A stretch of DNA of 64,000 nucleotides. Origin: Candidatus Eiseniibacteriota bacterium. Its GTDB lineage: Bacteria > Eisenbacteria > RBG-16-71-46 > CAIMUX01 > VGJL01. Shown here one piece after another: positions 18,520-28,167 of the stretch (position 1 is the stretch's first letter; each line of letters opens with the position of its first letter). The stretch covers positions 232,665 to 296,664 of the forward strand of contig JAXDAY010000028.1 in the NCBI GenBank assembly GCA_034679345.1. The letters are read 5' to 3'. The translations under genes and the position numbers were made by a program. A model generated the notes under the pieces. That model ran no database searches and was not told the DNA's origin. It saw nothing but the letters and a program-made list of their open reading frames with translations.

Positions 18520-21068
18520 GGAATCGACTGGGCCCGGTCCTCCTGTTTCTCTGCGGCTCCGCCTTCGTCGCCGCAGGAGCGCCCGTCGAGGATCCGCAGT
18601 TCGAGGTCTTCCGCCGCGCGGCGAGCCTCGGACTCGAGCCCCTCCTCACGGGTCTCTTCGCCGATCCCGACATGCTTCGACGCCTCGACGGCCTCGACGA
18701 GCCGGATGCGATCCGGCTCGACCTCGACGGCGACGGGAGCATCGATGCGCTCGCGTGGAGGGAAGGAAGCGTCCGCGTGGCGGCGATCGCCCCCGGCCTC
18801 GACGACGATGCGTCCGCGCGCCGCCCCCGGGGCGGCGAGGTCTGCTACGTGGCCGACGGGAACGCCGACGGGGCGCCCGAGCGAGTCGTCGAGTACTTCG
18901 ATCGCGACGGCGACGGTCGGGCGGATCGGCAGGACATCTATGAGCTCGGCCCCGGCGCGCTCGGGACGAGCGGCGTGGGCGTGACGATCTTCATTGACCA
19001 CGACGGCACGAACGATCTCCTGCACACGACCGGCTACGCGTACCACTCCAACCGCGACATCTGGCTCAGCGACTTCGATGGGAACCTCTGCCTCGTCGCC
19101 GGATGGAGGGACGAGGAGACCGGCAAGTGGAGATCGGCGTTCGAGAACCCCTTCTGTTTCTACGACCATGACGGCGACGGCCGCTCGGACGAGGCCCTCC
19201 GCTTGGAGGGGGAAGACCTGCGGTTCACCAGCGTGCGATGGAGCTTCGACGCCGATGGCGACGCAGGCGAGGCGCGCGGATACGACTACGACTTCTCGCT
19301 GACGGCGATCGGAGGCGTCTCGGCGCCGGAGTCCCTGGCCGACAGCGTCCTGCTTCGCGACGGGGGCGTCATGCGATTCGTCGCGTGGGAGCGGGCGCGC
19401 GATCTCGCGCGCTGGGGGATCTGGCGCTCGGCCCTCCTTGTTTGGGACGAGGAGGACCGGAATGTCGACCCGACCGGTCCGGACCGCGAGCGATGGGAAG
19501 GGGTGATCGCCGAGCCATTCTTCGGCTTTCCGCAAGTGGGCGGCCCCGCGTGCGGGCGCATCAACAAGCGCTATGAGCTCGACCTGGACGGATCGGGACG
19601 GCTCGGGCTCTACCGCAGCGGCGTCGACAACCGGATCCACCTCTCGGGGGCGGAGCGCGGCGAGATTCTGATCCAGCTTCGCGGCGATCCATCGGTCGAT
19701 CGGATCGTGCGGATGGCGGACTCCAGCGGCAACGGCTACTTCGACACCTGGTCCTATTCGATCTCCGAGAGCCGCACGCGGGAGGTCCGGCTACGCGATG
19801 AGAAGGTCCGCGGGGTCCCCCTTGATGCGCAGGCGATCCGGACGTTGTGGTCGCGCGAGCTTCCCCGTAGCCGCGACGAGGCCGCGCGCGACGCGCGACA
19901 GCTCGAATCCTCGATCCGCTGGAAGGAGCCCAACGAGGTGGGCCGCTACCTCTCCGCCGCCCGCGACCGGAACGACCCGTGGATCGTCCGGGCCTCAAGG
20001 AGCGTCGAGACCGATCGCTACCTCAAAGAGATCGCCCTCTGGGAGCTCGGAGGCGGCTTCCTCTCGCTCGGCCCGGGTCCCGGCGAACCTGCGGCCGCGG
20101 TGACGATCGAGCGAGAGCATACCGGCGGCTCCTGGGAGATCCCCCTCTCCTCCCTGACATCCGAGATCGCTCGCGCGATCGCGCCCGGCTCGTTTGTCGA
20201 GGGATCGATCGACGGCCAGCGCATTCCGGGACAGGTCGAGGATCTCGACGGCGACGGGTCGGTCGATCGGCTTTACCTCGCTCCCACGCAGGGATCGACC
20301 ATTCGCCTGGAGATCGATCCTCCATCTCCGCTCGCGCCCCTCGACGGCGTGAGAGTCGACCCCTACTTCCCCGGCGGGATCGCATTCGAGTCGATGCCCG
20401 TCGCCTGGCGCACGTATCAGGCCCGCCTCGATCTCTTCCTGAAGCGAAGGCCGCGTCTCATCCTGCGCGGACGGCTGGGGGATCATCACGCGCCGCAGGA
20501 GTGGGGCATGGACGCGCTCGACATCGGGGACGGCCCCGGGGTGGGCGGCTTGTACATTCGAGCCGGCGATCACTGGATCGCGTGCTTCGGCCCCGACCGT
20601 TTCGATGGGCATCGAGTGGTGGCCGAGGGCCCGCACCGCGTTTCGATCGAGGTTCTTCTCGATGCCGGAGGCGAGAGGCTCCGGCGCAACTGGTCTCTCG
20701 AGAGCGGCGCCACCGTGATGATCGAGGAGGTCGCGACCCTCTCCGGCGCGGGATGCGATCTCGCCTCCGCGCTCCCGGCGGCCGACACATGGGATCTCTA
20801 CGAGGGCGAGAAGGCCCTCTGGACATTCGGACCGTCCGCGGAGAGGGCCGGCGCCGTCGGTCTGGCGGGGCGTTTCCTCAGCGGCGAAGGAGTCCGCATC
20901 GAGACGATCGAGGGCCATCCCGCACTCGTCTACCGCATAGCGCCGGAACGACCCGCGCGGATCGCCTGGACCGCGGGGGGCGAGATCGCCGGCGACTCGA
21001 CGGCGGTGGACTGGAGGAATCGCGCATGGGATCGGCTTCGGGACATCGTCTCCCAGGCCGACCGCTAG
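18516..21068 (+). CDS. Large secreted protein with repeated DxDGDGxxD calcium-binding-like (FG-GAP/EF-hand-like) motifs
   Basis: GTG start overlaps the kinase stop (GTGA). Signal peptide VRNRLGPVLLFLCGSAFVAAGAP. Six DxDG[DS]G motifs, for example DLDGDGSID, DRDGDGRAD, DHDGDGRSD, EDLDGDGSVD. Confidence 0.6.
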   Translation: MRNRLGPVLLFLCGSAFVAAGAPVEDPQFEVFRRAASLGLEPLLTGLFADPDMLRRLDGLDEPDAIRLDLDGDGSIDALAWREGSVRVAAIAPGLDDDASARRPRGGEVCYVADGNADGAPERVVEYFDRDGDGRADRQDIYELGPGALGTSGVGVTIFIDHDGTNDLLHTTGYAYHSNRDIWLSDFDGNLCLVAGWRDEETGKWRSAFENPFCFYDHDGDGRSDEALRLEGEDLRFTSVRWSFDADGDAGEARGYDYDFSLTAIGGVSAPESLADSVLLRDGGVMRFVAWERARDLARWGIWRSALLVWDEEDRNVDPTGPDRERWEGVIAEPFFGFPQVGGPACGRINKRYELDLDGSGRLGLYRSGVDNRIHLSGAERGEILIQLRGDPSVDRIVRMADSSGNGYFDTWSYSISESRTREVRLRDEKVRGVPLDAQAIRTLWSRELPRSRDEAARDARQLESSIRWKEPNEVGRYLSAARDRNDPWIVRASRSVETDRYLKEIALWELGGGFLSLGPGPGEPAAAVTIEREHTGGSWEIPLSSLTSEIARAIAPGSFVEGSIDGQRIPGQVEDLDGDGSVDRLYLAPTQGSTIRLEIDPPSPLAPLDGVRVDPYFPGGIAFESMPVAWRTYQARLDLFLKRRPRLILRGRLGDHHAPQEWGMDALDIGDGPGVGGLYIRAGDHWIACFGPDRFDGHRVVAEGPHRVSIEVLLDAGGERLRRNWSLESGATVMIEEVATLSGAGCDLASALPAADTWDLYEGEKALWTFGPSAERAGAVGLAGRFLSGEGVRIETIEGHPALVYRIAPERPARIAWTAGGEIAGDSTAVDWRNRAWDRLRDIVSQADR

Positions 21069-21378
21069 CGCAGCGCGGCCGTCGCGGGCGTCCCCTCGTC
21101 AGACGCGGATCTTCGGTCGCGGTGACGAGCCCGCAACGAACCGAATCCAATCGAGTTGAGAGACTTCGTCAGCCCTGACGAGCCCTTCGCGTCCAGAGCG
21201 CGCTCCACGGTCCGGCCCGAGCGTCCTCCTCGCGCTCACAACGATATTCCTCGCAACGAGTTGCGCGATCTCCGACCGAGCGCTCCGGCGCGGCACGCGC
21301 CTGGCGGTTGGCTCCATCATCCCGCCACCGATCGGAATCCCCCGACGGGAGACGGAATCGGAGAAGGAGGAGGAGGTC

Positions 21379-22089
21379 ATGAAGAAGATCATGCTCGCAG
21401 TCGCATCGTGGCTCGTGATCCTTGGGGCGGCGGCGCCGTTTTGGGGTTGCGGCCAGACATTCCAGGTCACGCTCACACGTGACGGCACCGCATCGGTCAC
21501 CGGTTCGGTCCAGCTCGAGGGAGCGAAGCGGTCGTTCCAGGGCCAAGCCGACGCGGAAGGGAACATCAGCTGGGACATCGAGGGATGCAGCGGCAGCGCC
21601 AAGGTCGCTCCCAATAGCCAGGTGATCGTGAGCTGCAGCGACCCGCTCTTGATGGAGTGGCCGGACTGCTGGACGCTCGTCTCGGCGAACTGGTCGGCGC
21701 CCGATCTCGGACTCGCCGGCGCGATCCTCGTCGAGCCCGCCGCAAACTTCTACATCGATCCGATCCACGGTGCGATCGTCACCGACGCCGGCTACTCCGC
21801 CTGGCTGCTGAACCTCGACGTGCCGAGCATCGGCCCCACCGCGCTCGTCCTGGATCTGACCTTCGATACGGAGGGTTGCGACGTGGACGGCGTCTGCCTG
21901 AAGGGCCTCGACGTCGCGCTCGTCGAGCCGTTCGATCCACCCGGCCAGGCCCGTCAGCTCGTGCCGACGGAGGGTCTCGGGCTCGACTTCACGGTCTTCC
22001 AGCAAGGCGACTACCACGTCTTCTGCATCGAGGAAGAGACACCCACAGAGAAGGCAACCTGGGGAAAGCTGAAGAGCCTCTATCGGTAG
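21379..22089 (+). CDS. Secreted hypothetical protein with conserved C-terminal PTEKxTWGKLKSLYR tail
   Basis: GGAGGAGG sits 4 nt upstream of the ATG. Signal peptide MKKIMLAVASWLVILGAAAP. Six Cys residues. The overlapping antisense 311-aa ORF was rejected. Confidence 0.7.
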   Translation: MKKIMLAVASWLVILGAAAPFWGCGQTFQVTLTRDGTASVTGSVQLEGAKRSFQGQADAEGNISWDIEGCSGSAKVAPNSQVIVSCSDPLLMEWPDCWTLVSANWSAPDLGLAGAILVEPAANFYIDPIHGAIVTDAGYSAWLLNLDVPSIGPTALVLDLTFDTEGCDVDGVCLKGLDVALVEPFDPPGQARQLVPTEGLGLDFTVFQQGDYHVFCIEEETPTEKATWGKLKSLYR

Positions 22090-22162
22090 CGTTGGCGTCG
22101 TCACCGTCCGGACCCGTCGTGAGGCGGGTCCGGACCGATCTTCAAGGAAGGAGCGGGGCGAG

Positions 22163-22936
22163 ATGAGCTCGATCTATGTCTACGGTCTCTTTCAGCTCGC
22201 TGCGGTGGGCCTGTTTCTCGCGTTCACGGAGACGAAGCTGCGCCATCGAGGCGCCACCTTGATCGGCCGGCCGGGCTTCGTCGCCGCTTGCGTACTCGGA
22301 GCGGGGATCGGCGGCCGCCTTCACTTCGTCGCCGAGGGAGTCCTGACCGGAAGGCTCGATTCCGGCGGCATCCTGGCGGCGCTTGACCCTCGAGTCCCCG
22401 GATCCACCTTCTTCGGCGCGATGGTCGGCGCGATCGCAGCGGTTCTCCTGCGCCGTCGGTGCATACCGGGAGGATCGATCGCGCGGCTTCTCGATGATGT
22501 CGTCCCCGGATTCGCGACGGCAATCGCCGTCGGCCGCATCGGGTGCCTCTTGCACGGGTGTTGCCTGGGTGAACCAAGCGGACTCCCATGGGCGATCGTC
22601 TCCGGGGAGGGAGCCGCACGACATCCGCTGCCTCTCTACATCGGTGTCGCGGCCGTCGCCGCCGGTTTCCTTTCGGCGCGCTGGATCGAATGGGATCGGA
22701 TCGCGCGGGTAGTCCCCGGCAGCCGGTTCCTGCTGTTCGCGGCCATCTTCTGCGCCGCTCGGGCGTGGGCGGAAGGCGCTCGCGAGACCGGCCCGGCGCC
22801 CGGATGGGCCCAGCTCGAGTCGGTCGGGATCGCGGCGGGGGCCATGGCGGCGCATCTCACGCGCCGGCGGGGCCACTCTCGCACAAGATCCCCTCTAGGC
22901 CGCGAACGGCGCACACGCTACGCTTCGCGCGCATGA
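22163..22936 (+). CDS. lgt: Prolipoprotein diacylglyceryl transferase family protein (Lgt-like)
   Basis: Polytopic membrane protein with GxGGRLxFV, GRIGCLLHGCCLGEP (Lgt signature G-R-I-G-N-F-x-N-x-E) and HPLPLY (HP-x-x-LYE). The C-terminal tail is Arg-rich. Confidence 0.6.
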   Translation: MSSIYVYGLFQLAAVGLFLAFTETKLRHRGATLIGRPGFVAACVLGAGIGGRLHFVAEGVLTGRLDSGGILAALDPRVPGSTFFGAMVGAIAAVLLRRRCIPGGSIARLLDDVVPGFATAIAVGRIGCLLHGCCLGEPSGLPWAIVSGEGAARHPLPLYIGVAAVAAGFLSARWIEWDRIARVVPGSRFLLFAAIFCAARAWAEGARETGPAPGWAQLESVGIAAGAMAAHLTRRRGHSRTRSPLGRERRTRYASRA

Positions 22937-23748
22937 GCGAGACATCTTCCTCTCCCCACCTCGTGCTCGTCGTCTCCGACGGGACCGGCATCACCGGGGA
23001 ACGAGTGGTCCGCGCCGCGGTGGCTCAGTTCGATCCCGCGCTCGTGAGGGTGGAGCGGCTCGCGGAGGTGCGGACGCCCGAACGCATCCAGGAGGCGGTC
23101 ACGCAGGCGGCCGCGCGAGGAGCGACGGTCCTCTACAGCCTCGTCTCGGCCGACCATCGAAAGTGCCTGATCGAGGAGGCGCTACGCAACCATGTCACGA
23201 CGATCGATCTGCTCGGCCCGATCCTGCGTAGACTCACCGGCGTTCTCGCCGTCTCCCCGCGCGCCGAGGCCGGGATCTTCCGGCAGCTCGACGAGGAGTA
23301 CTTCCACCGAATCGAAGCGATCGACTTCGCCGTCCAGCACGATGACGGCAAGCGCCCACAGGATCTCGAGAGCGCCGATCTGGTCCTGGTCGGCGTCTCT
23401 CGGACCTCCAAGACTCCGCTCTCGATGTTTCTCGCCTACCGCGGATGGCGCGTGGCGAACGTCCCGATCGTTCTCGGCATCGAGCCGCCGAGGGAGGTCT
23501 TCGCGGTGGAGCGATCGAAGGTGATCGGGCTCTCCGCCCGTCCCGCATGGCTCGAGGGGATTCGAAGGCAGCGGGCGATCCGGCTCGCCCAAAGCCTTGA
23601 CATCGGCTACGCCGGGCTGGATCACATCCGCAGCGAGCTCGCGTGGTTTCGCGCGATCGCGGAGCGCGGCGGGTGGACCGTCATGGAGGTCACATACAAG
23701 GCGATCGAGGAGACCGCGGCCGAGATCGTGGCGCTGTTGCGGGCCTGA
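22934..23748 (+). CDS. Pyruvate,phosphate dikinase / PEP synthetase regulatory protein (PSRP, DUF299, bifunctional kinase-pyrophosphorylase)
   Basis: LVLVVSDGTGITGE N-terminus and a GVSRTSKTPLSMFLA P-loop-like motif. ATGA overlap with the lgt stop. Confidence 0.75.
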
Positions 23749-23876
23749 TCGCGAGCAATCCGCCGTCCCGGACCGTATCCGACGCCGTTCATCCCCCGGA
23801 ATGACCGGTTGACACTCGGTTCGATCGACTCGTAGCCTCTTGTGAACATTGTCGTCCCAGGGAGGGCGTTACCGGC

Positions 23877-25127
23877 ATGATTCCCCAGAGTAGAGAGAAC
23901 GACCCCGTGGCGGGCGCCACATCCTCGCAGACGTCGAACGTCGATATCTTCGAGCGGTGCTTCTCTTTCACGCGGGCGGCGGAAGCGCAGGCCGCGGGAC
24001 TTTATCCCTACTTCGTTCCCATCATGGGGTCGGAGGGGACGGAAGTCACGATCGACGGCCGGCGGCTGGTGATGCTCGGCTCGAACAACTACCTCGGGCT
24101 CACGCACGACCCGCGGGTGCTCGATGCCGCCGAGAACGCGGCGCGCCAGTACGGCAGCGGCTGCACCGGAAGCCGGTTCCTGAACGGCAACCTCGACCTC
24201 CATGAGAAGCTCGAGGTGGAGCTCGCGAGCTTGGTCAACAAGCCGGCCGCCCTGGTCTTCTCGACGGGCTTTCACGTCAATCTCGGGGTCATCTCGAGTC
24301 TCGTCGGGCGCGAAGACGTCGTGATCATCGACAAGCTCGATCACGCGAGCATCGTCGACGGCGCGCTCCTCGCCCACGGCTCCGTCTACCGGTACCGGCA
24401 CAACGACATCGCCGATCTCGAGAAGGCATTGCGCAGGGCCCGCAGTCACGGCGGCGGGACCTTGGTCGTCGTCGACGGCGTCTTCAGCATGGAGGGAGAC
24501 CTGGCCGATCTTCCAGCGATCGTTTCGGTCGTGCGACGCCATGGCGCCAGGCTCATGGTGGACGAGGCCCACTCCATCGGCGTGATCGGTTCGACGGGCG
24601 CCGGGACGCACGAGCACTTCGGAGTCACCGACCAGGTCGACATCCTGATGGGAACCTTCTCCAAATCATTCGCCTCGATCGGGGGCTTCGCTGCGGGAGA
24701 CTCCCAGGTGATCAGCTATGTGAAGCACCATGCGAGATCCCTCATATTCAGCGCCAGCCTCCCGCCCTACGCCGTGGCGACGGTTCGAAAGTGCGTCGAG
24801 ATCCTCAAGAATGAACCGGAACGGCGCGAGCAGCTCTGGCGAAACGCCCGCCAGTTGCGCGAGGGATTGACCTCCATGGGCTTCGACATTGGCCCGACCT
24901 GCACTCCGATCATTCCGATCATCGTGGGCGACACGACGAAGACCTTCGTGTTCTGGAAGGAGTTGTTCGAGACCGGCGTCTTCACGAATCCGGTGATTCC
25001 CCCCGCCGTCCCGGAGAAGACCTCGCGGCTTCGCACGAGCTTGATGGCGACCCACACCGCGGAGCAGATCGACCGAGCGCTCGAGATCATCCAGCGCGGG
25101 GGAAAGAAGCTCGGGCTGATTCCCTGA
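23877..25127 (+). CDS. Alpha-oxoamine synthase family PLP enzyme (BioF/Kbl/serine palmitoyltransferase-like)
   Basis: GTFSKSFASIGGF PLP-lysine motif, GSNNYLGL and DEAHSIGVIGSTG. Full-length class-II aminotransferase fold. Confidence 0.8.
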   Translation: MIPQSRENDPVAGATSSQTSNVDIFERCFSFTRAAEAQAAGLYPYFVPIMGSEGTEVTIDGRRLVMLGSNNYLGLTHDPRVLDAAENAARQYGSGCTGSRFLNGNLDLHEKLEVELASLVNKPAALVFSTGFHVNLGVISSLVGREDVVIIDKLDHASIVDGALLAHGSVYRYRHNDIADLEKALRRARSHGGGTLVVVDGVFSMEGDLADLPAIVSVVRRHGARLMVDEAHSIGVIGSTGAGTHEHFGVTDQVDILMGTFSKSFASIGGFAAGDSQVISYVKHHARSLIFSASLPPYAVATVRKCVEILKNEPERREQLWRNARQLREGLTSMGFDIGPTCTPIIPIIVGDTTKTFVFWKELFETGVFTNPVIPPAVPEKTSRLRTSLMATHTAEQIDRALEIIQRGGKKLGLIP

Positions 25128-25154
25128 CCATTCCGGCCGGCCGCAAGAGGTTCG

Positions 25155-25568
25155 ATGGCGGAACAGAAGACGGGCCCGACGGATGGAAGCGTTTCCGCCT
25201 TCCTCGGCCAGCTCGACGAGAAGCGCCGCAAGGAATGCGAGACGATCCTCGGCTTGATGAAGAAGGTGACGCGCGCGGCGCCCCGCATGTGGGGCCCGGC
25301 GATCGTCGGATTCGGCGCCTACCACTATAAGTACGAGAGCGGCAGGGAGGGAGACTGGTTCCTCACCGGTTTCTCGCCGAGAAAGCAGAATCTCACGATC
25401 TATGTCATGGCCGGCTTCGAGCGGTATCCCGAGCTGATGTCCAAGCTCGGCAAGTACTCGACGGGGAAGTCCTGCCTCTACATCAAGAGGCTCGAGGACG
25501 TGGATCTCGCCGTTCTCGAGAAGCTGGTCGCCCGGTCGATCTCGGAGATGAAAAAGCTCTACGGTTGA
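25155..25568 (+). CDS. DUF1801 (YdhG-like) domain protein
   Basis: Small protein matching the DUF1801 pattern (SAFLGQLDEKRRKECETILGLMKK...). Confidence 0.55.
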   Translation: MAEQKTGPTDGSVSAFLGQLDEKRRKECETILGLMKKVTRAAPRMWGPAIVGFGAYHYKYESGREGDWFLTGFSPRKQNLTIYVMAGFERYPELMSKLGKYSTGKSCLYIKRLEDVDLAVLEKLVARSISEMKKLYG

Positions 25569-25673
25569 GACGGTGAAGCTTCAGATGATCCGGGGGCGCA
25601 TCCTTCACGATGCGCCCGGGCGCAGCCGATTTCCCGGGCGCATCGATTCGTTCGGCTTCGAGGCGCGAGCGCG

Positions 25674-26192
25674 CTAGCGACGGCGCCACAGCTGGCGCAT
25701 CAATCCCACGCCGATCGCCAGGGCGCCGATGATGCCGGCGGTCGCCAGAGGGCTTGCGGTCATCGGCATCGTCCCGGAGGCCGTGGTCGCCTGCTCGCCC
25801 GCGGCATCGCCCGACGGGGGAGCGGCCTCCGTGCTGCCATCGAGCGACTGCGACATCGGAGCCGGGCTCGAGCCGGTCGTGGCAAGCGTGACGCTCGAGA
25901 GATGGAACGTCCCGGGCTCGGGGATCTCGTACTCCACACGGACCTGGTCGCCGGTCTTCACCGTCGCGGGCACGTTGCTCGTCGCATCCCGTATGAAGAC
26001 CATCTGATCGCCGCCAACGATCTGGATGACCAGTGAAGTCGGAGTCAACGACTCGACGATGCCCATGACGGTGCTCGGCGCCTCGGTCAGGGGGTTGGCA
26101 GTTGGATCCTCCTGGCCCGACTGCGCCGAGGCTCCGAATGCGAGGGCCAGGATGAGCGCGCCGGCCATGAGGATGGTTGTATTCCGGTTCAT
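25674..26192 (-). CDS. Secreted sortase-substrate candidate (signal peptide, small beta domain, Ser/Thr/Ala-rich linker, PLATAG + TM + RRR tail)
   Basis: N-terminal signal MNRNTTILMAGALILALAFGASA. C-terminus ...SPLATAGIIGALAIGVGLMRQLWRRR is tripartite (motif, hydrophobic, basic). Paralogous to the 28168-28797 protein. Confidence 0.65.
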   Translation of the reverse strand: MNRNTTILMAGALILALAFGASAQSGQEDPTANPLTEAPSTVMGIVESLTPTSLVIQIVGGDQMVFIRDATSNVPATVKTGDQVRVEYEIPEPGTFHLSSVTLATTGSSPAPMSQSLDGSTEAAPPSGDAAGEQATTASGTMPMTASPLATAGIIGALAIGVGLMRQLWRRR

Positions 26193-26570
26193 TGGATGGC
26201 CTCCTTGCTTGAGGGAGGGGCGCCCGCCCGATCCCCACCATGGAGGTCTCGCCGGCGCCGCCCCCGGGTATCCCTCACGGCAAGTCCGGTGCCATCACGA
26301 CCTCCCGTTTCGGATCGAATGCAACCTCATGAGGGATCGAGCGTTCTTCCTGCGTGACGTGAAATCGTCGAGATCATTCGGTTGCGGATGCTTTGTAAAC
26401 TTTGCCTGCGATTGGAGAGAACTTCACTCGACCGGAGCATGCTCGGGCGCGGAAATCCACAGATCGACCAGTCTTGCTTGGAGCGAATGGTGGCATTGAT
26501 CTTGATGGACCTAATGGGAGAATCGACGCGGGTTGCGCGCGTCTCGGGAGAGCGAAACCTGGGAATCCAT

Positions 26571-27164
26571 ATGAAGGCGGTTCGAAGAACGCTGTCGTCC
26601 CCCTGGATCGAGCGGACGCTCTATGTTCTGGGGAGCGTCTTGCTCGGAGCGTGGCTCGCGGTCCAGGTCGATGCGCGGCTCTACTATGCGCGACATCACG
26701 AACTGTTGGTGGCATCGAGGAGCTTGCCGGCTTCAGCGGTGCCTGACTCGGCGGCCCCCCGATCTGTGATCGGGCTGATCGAGATCCCCAGACTTGGGCT
26801 CTCGTCCGTCGTGGCGGAGGGCACCGACGCGATCAGCCTCTTCCGCGCCGTCGGACACCTGCCGGGAACGCCTTTCCCGGGGCGGCCAGGCAACGTGGTG
26901 CTGGCGGGCCATCGCGACACTTATTTTCGCCCGCTCGCGGCCATCGCCGAGGACGACACCATCCGCATCACGACCCCTTACGGACGGTATGCCTACCAGG
27001 TCACCGGCACGCAGATCGTCCCGCCCAGCAGGACGGATGTGCTCGCGGCGTCGCCCTCTCCGATGCTCACCCTTGTGACCTGCTATCCGTTCCGGTACGT
27101 GGGCCGAGCCCCGCTGCGGTTCATCGTTCAGGCAGCGGAGATCCCGGTCCGATCGGGTCGGTGA
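26571..27164 (+). CDS. Sortase family transpeptidase
   Basis: N-terminal TM anchor. GLIEIPRLGL, VLAGHRDTYF (catalytic His), MLTLVTCYPF (TLxTC catalytic Cys) and RFIV (conserved Arg) align with SrtA-type sortases. Confidence 0.8.
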   Translation: MKAVRRTLSSPWIERTLYVLGSVLLGAWLAVQVDARLYYARHHELLVASRSLPASAVPDSAAPRSVIGLIEIPRLGLSSVVAEGTDAISLFRAVGHLPGTPFPGRPGNVVLAGHRDTYFRPLAAIAEDDTIRITTPYGRYAYQVTGTQIVPPSRTDVLAASPSPMLTLVTCYPFRYVGRAPLRFIVQAAEIPVRSGR

Positions 27165-27894
27165 GACTCATGGGGCCGTTCGGACTCTGGGCCCCGGTTG
27201 TGTTGGCCAGCCCCGGCGGATCCTCCCCAGCGACCGCATCCATCCGATCGCGACAGCGGGGACAGAATGAGGTCATCTGCTCGCAGATCGACACCCGTCC
27301 TCGGGCATCCTGCATCAGGCATCCGGCGGCCTCGCAGTGTTCCAGCCCGAGCGTGTGGCCGATCTCGTGCACGGCGATCTTCGATAGGCGGGCCCGGGCT
27401 CCAGCGGATCCGGCCGCGCCGCGAAGACACCGGAACTTCGAAACCACGCCGACGGGGCGCGTGTAGGAAGCCAACCCGACGAGTCCCCAGTCCGCGTTCG
27501 AGCCGCGCGTGGTCGAGATGTCGCGCGCCGTCACGCCGAGAATCCGATCTCCATCTATCGGGAGAAGCGGCTCAAGAAAGTCGAGAAGCTTCTCCGCGCG
27601 AAAGCGGCCTCGCGGCGGGTAGTAGGCGCTGGCAGGCAAGGGTCGCGGAGCGAGAATCCGAACGACGGCGCCGAGCTCGGCGCCCAGCGCCTGGCCGACA
27701 GCGTCAAGGTCCTCCGCGGAGAGTCCATCGCCGAGCGGCTGCAGATAGACCACGACTCCATCTGAAGGCGCGGCCGCGGACATCCCGGAATTCACGCTCG
27801 ATGCGGCAACCGCTCCCAGCGGCAAGCACAAGGCGAGGATCGCGTGCAGGAGGATCGCCCGCAGGACGAAGCGCGCCGAGCCCGACCCTTCCAC
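27121..27894 (-). CDS. Secreted archaemetzincin-like zinc metalloprotease (peptidase M54-like)
   Basis: Signal peptide. HEIGHTLGLEHCEAAGCLM...CEQMTSFCPRC matches the archaemetzincin HExxHxxGxxHCx4CxMx(n)CxxC signature. Convergent 44-bp overlap with the sortase 3' end. Confidence 0.6.
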   Translation of the reverse strand: MEGSGSARFVLRAILLHAILALCLPLGAVAASSVNSGMSAAAPSDGVVVYLQPLGDGLSAEDLDAVGQALGAELGAVVRILAPRPLPASAYYPPRGRFRAEKLLDFLEPLLPIDGDRILGVTARDISTTRGSNADWGLVGLASYTRPVGVVSKFRCLRGAAGSAGARARLSKIAVHEIGHTLGLEHCEAAGCLMQDARGRVSICEQMTSFCPRCRDRMDAVAGEDPPGLANTTGAQSPNGPMSLTDPIGPGSPLPER

Positions 27895-28167
27895 GCCTCT
27901 CCCTTCGCGCCGGAGCTACCGGCGCCTCCGCGCTTCCCCACATCAGGCGCGTCTGGTGGACCCGCGATACTTCCGCTTGGAGTCCAGGCTGAGTCCCGAC
28001 GCATCGAACCGCACCCAGCACGAGCGATGCGGTTCTCATGCGTGATTCTACGTCACGATGCGCAGAATCAACAAACTTCCCGCGCCGATCGCCGTCGCGG
28101 AACGCGTCCGCGGGATCGAATAAAGCCCGCAAGACGCCGCAGCGCCGGCGCCCGCCTGCGGCAACGA

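Noticed and set aside
18495-19640. 381-aa - strand ORF inside the large secreted protein gene
   Set aside because: Antisense GC-frame artefact with no motifs. The sense frame carries the repeated DxDGDG motifs and a signal peptide.
21169-22104. 311-aa - strand ORF antisense to the 21379-22089 secreted protein
   Set aside because: No family resemblance and no RBS. The + strand ORF has a strong GGAGG RBS, a signal peptide and a C-terminal tail conserved with a second gene.
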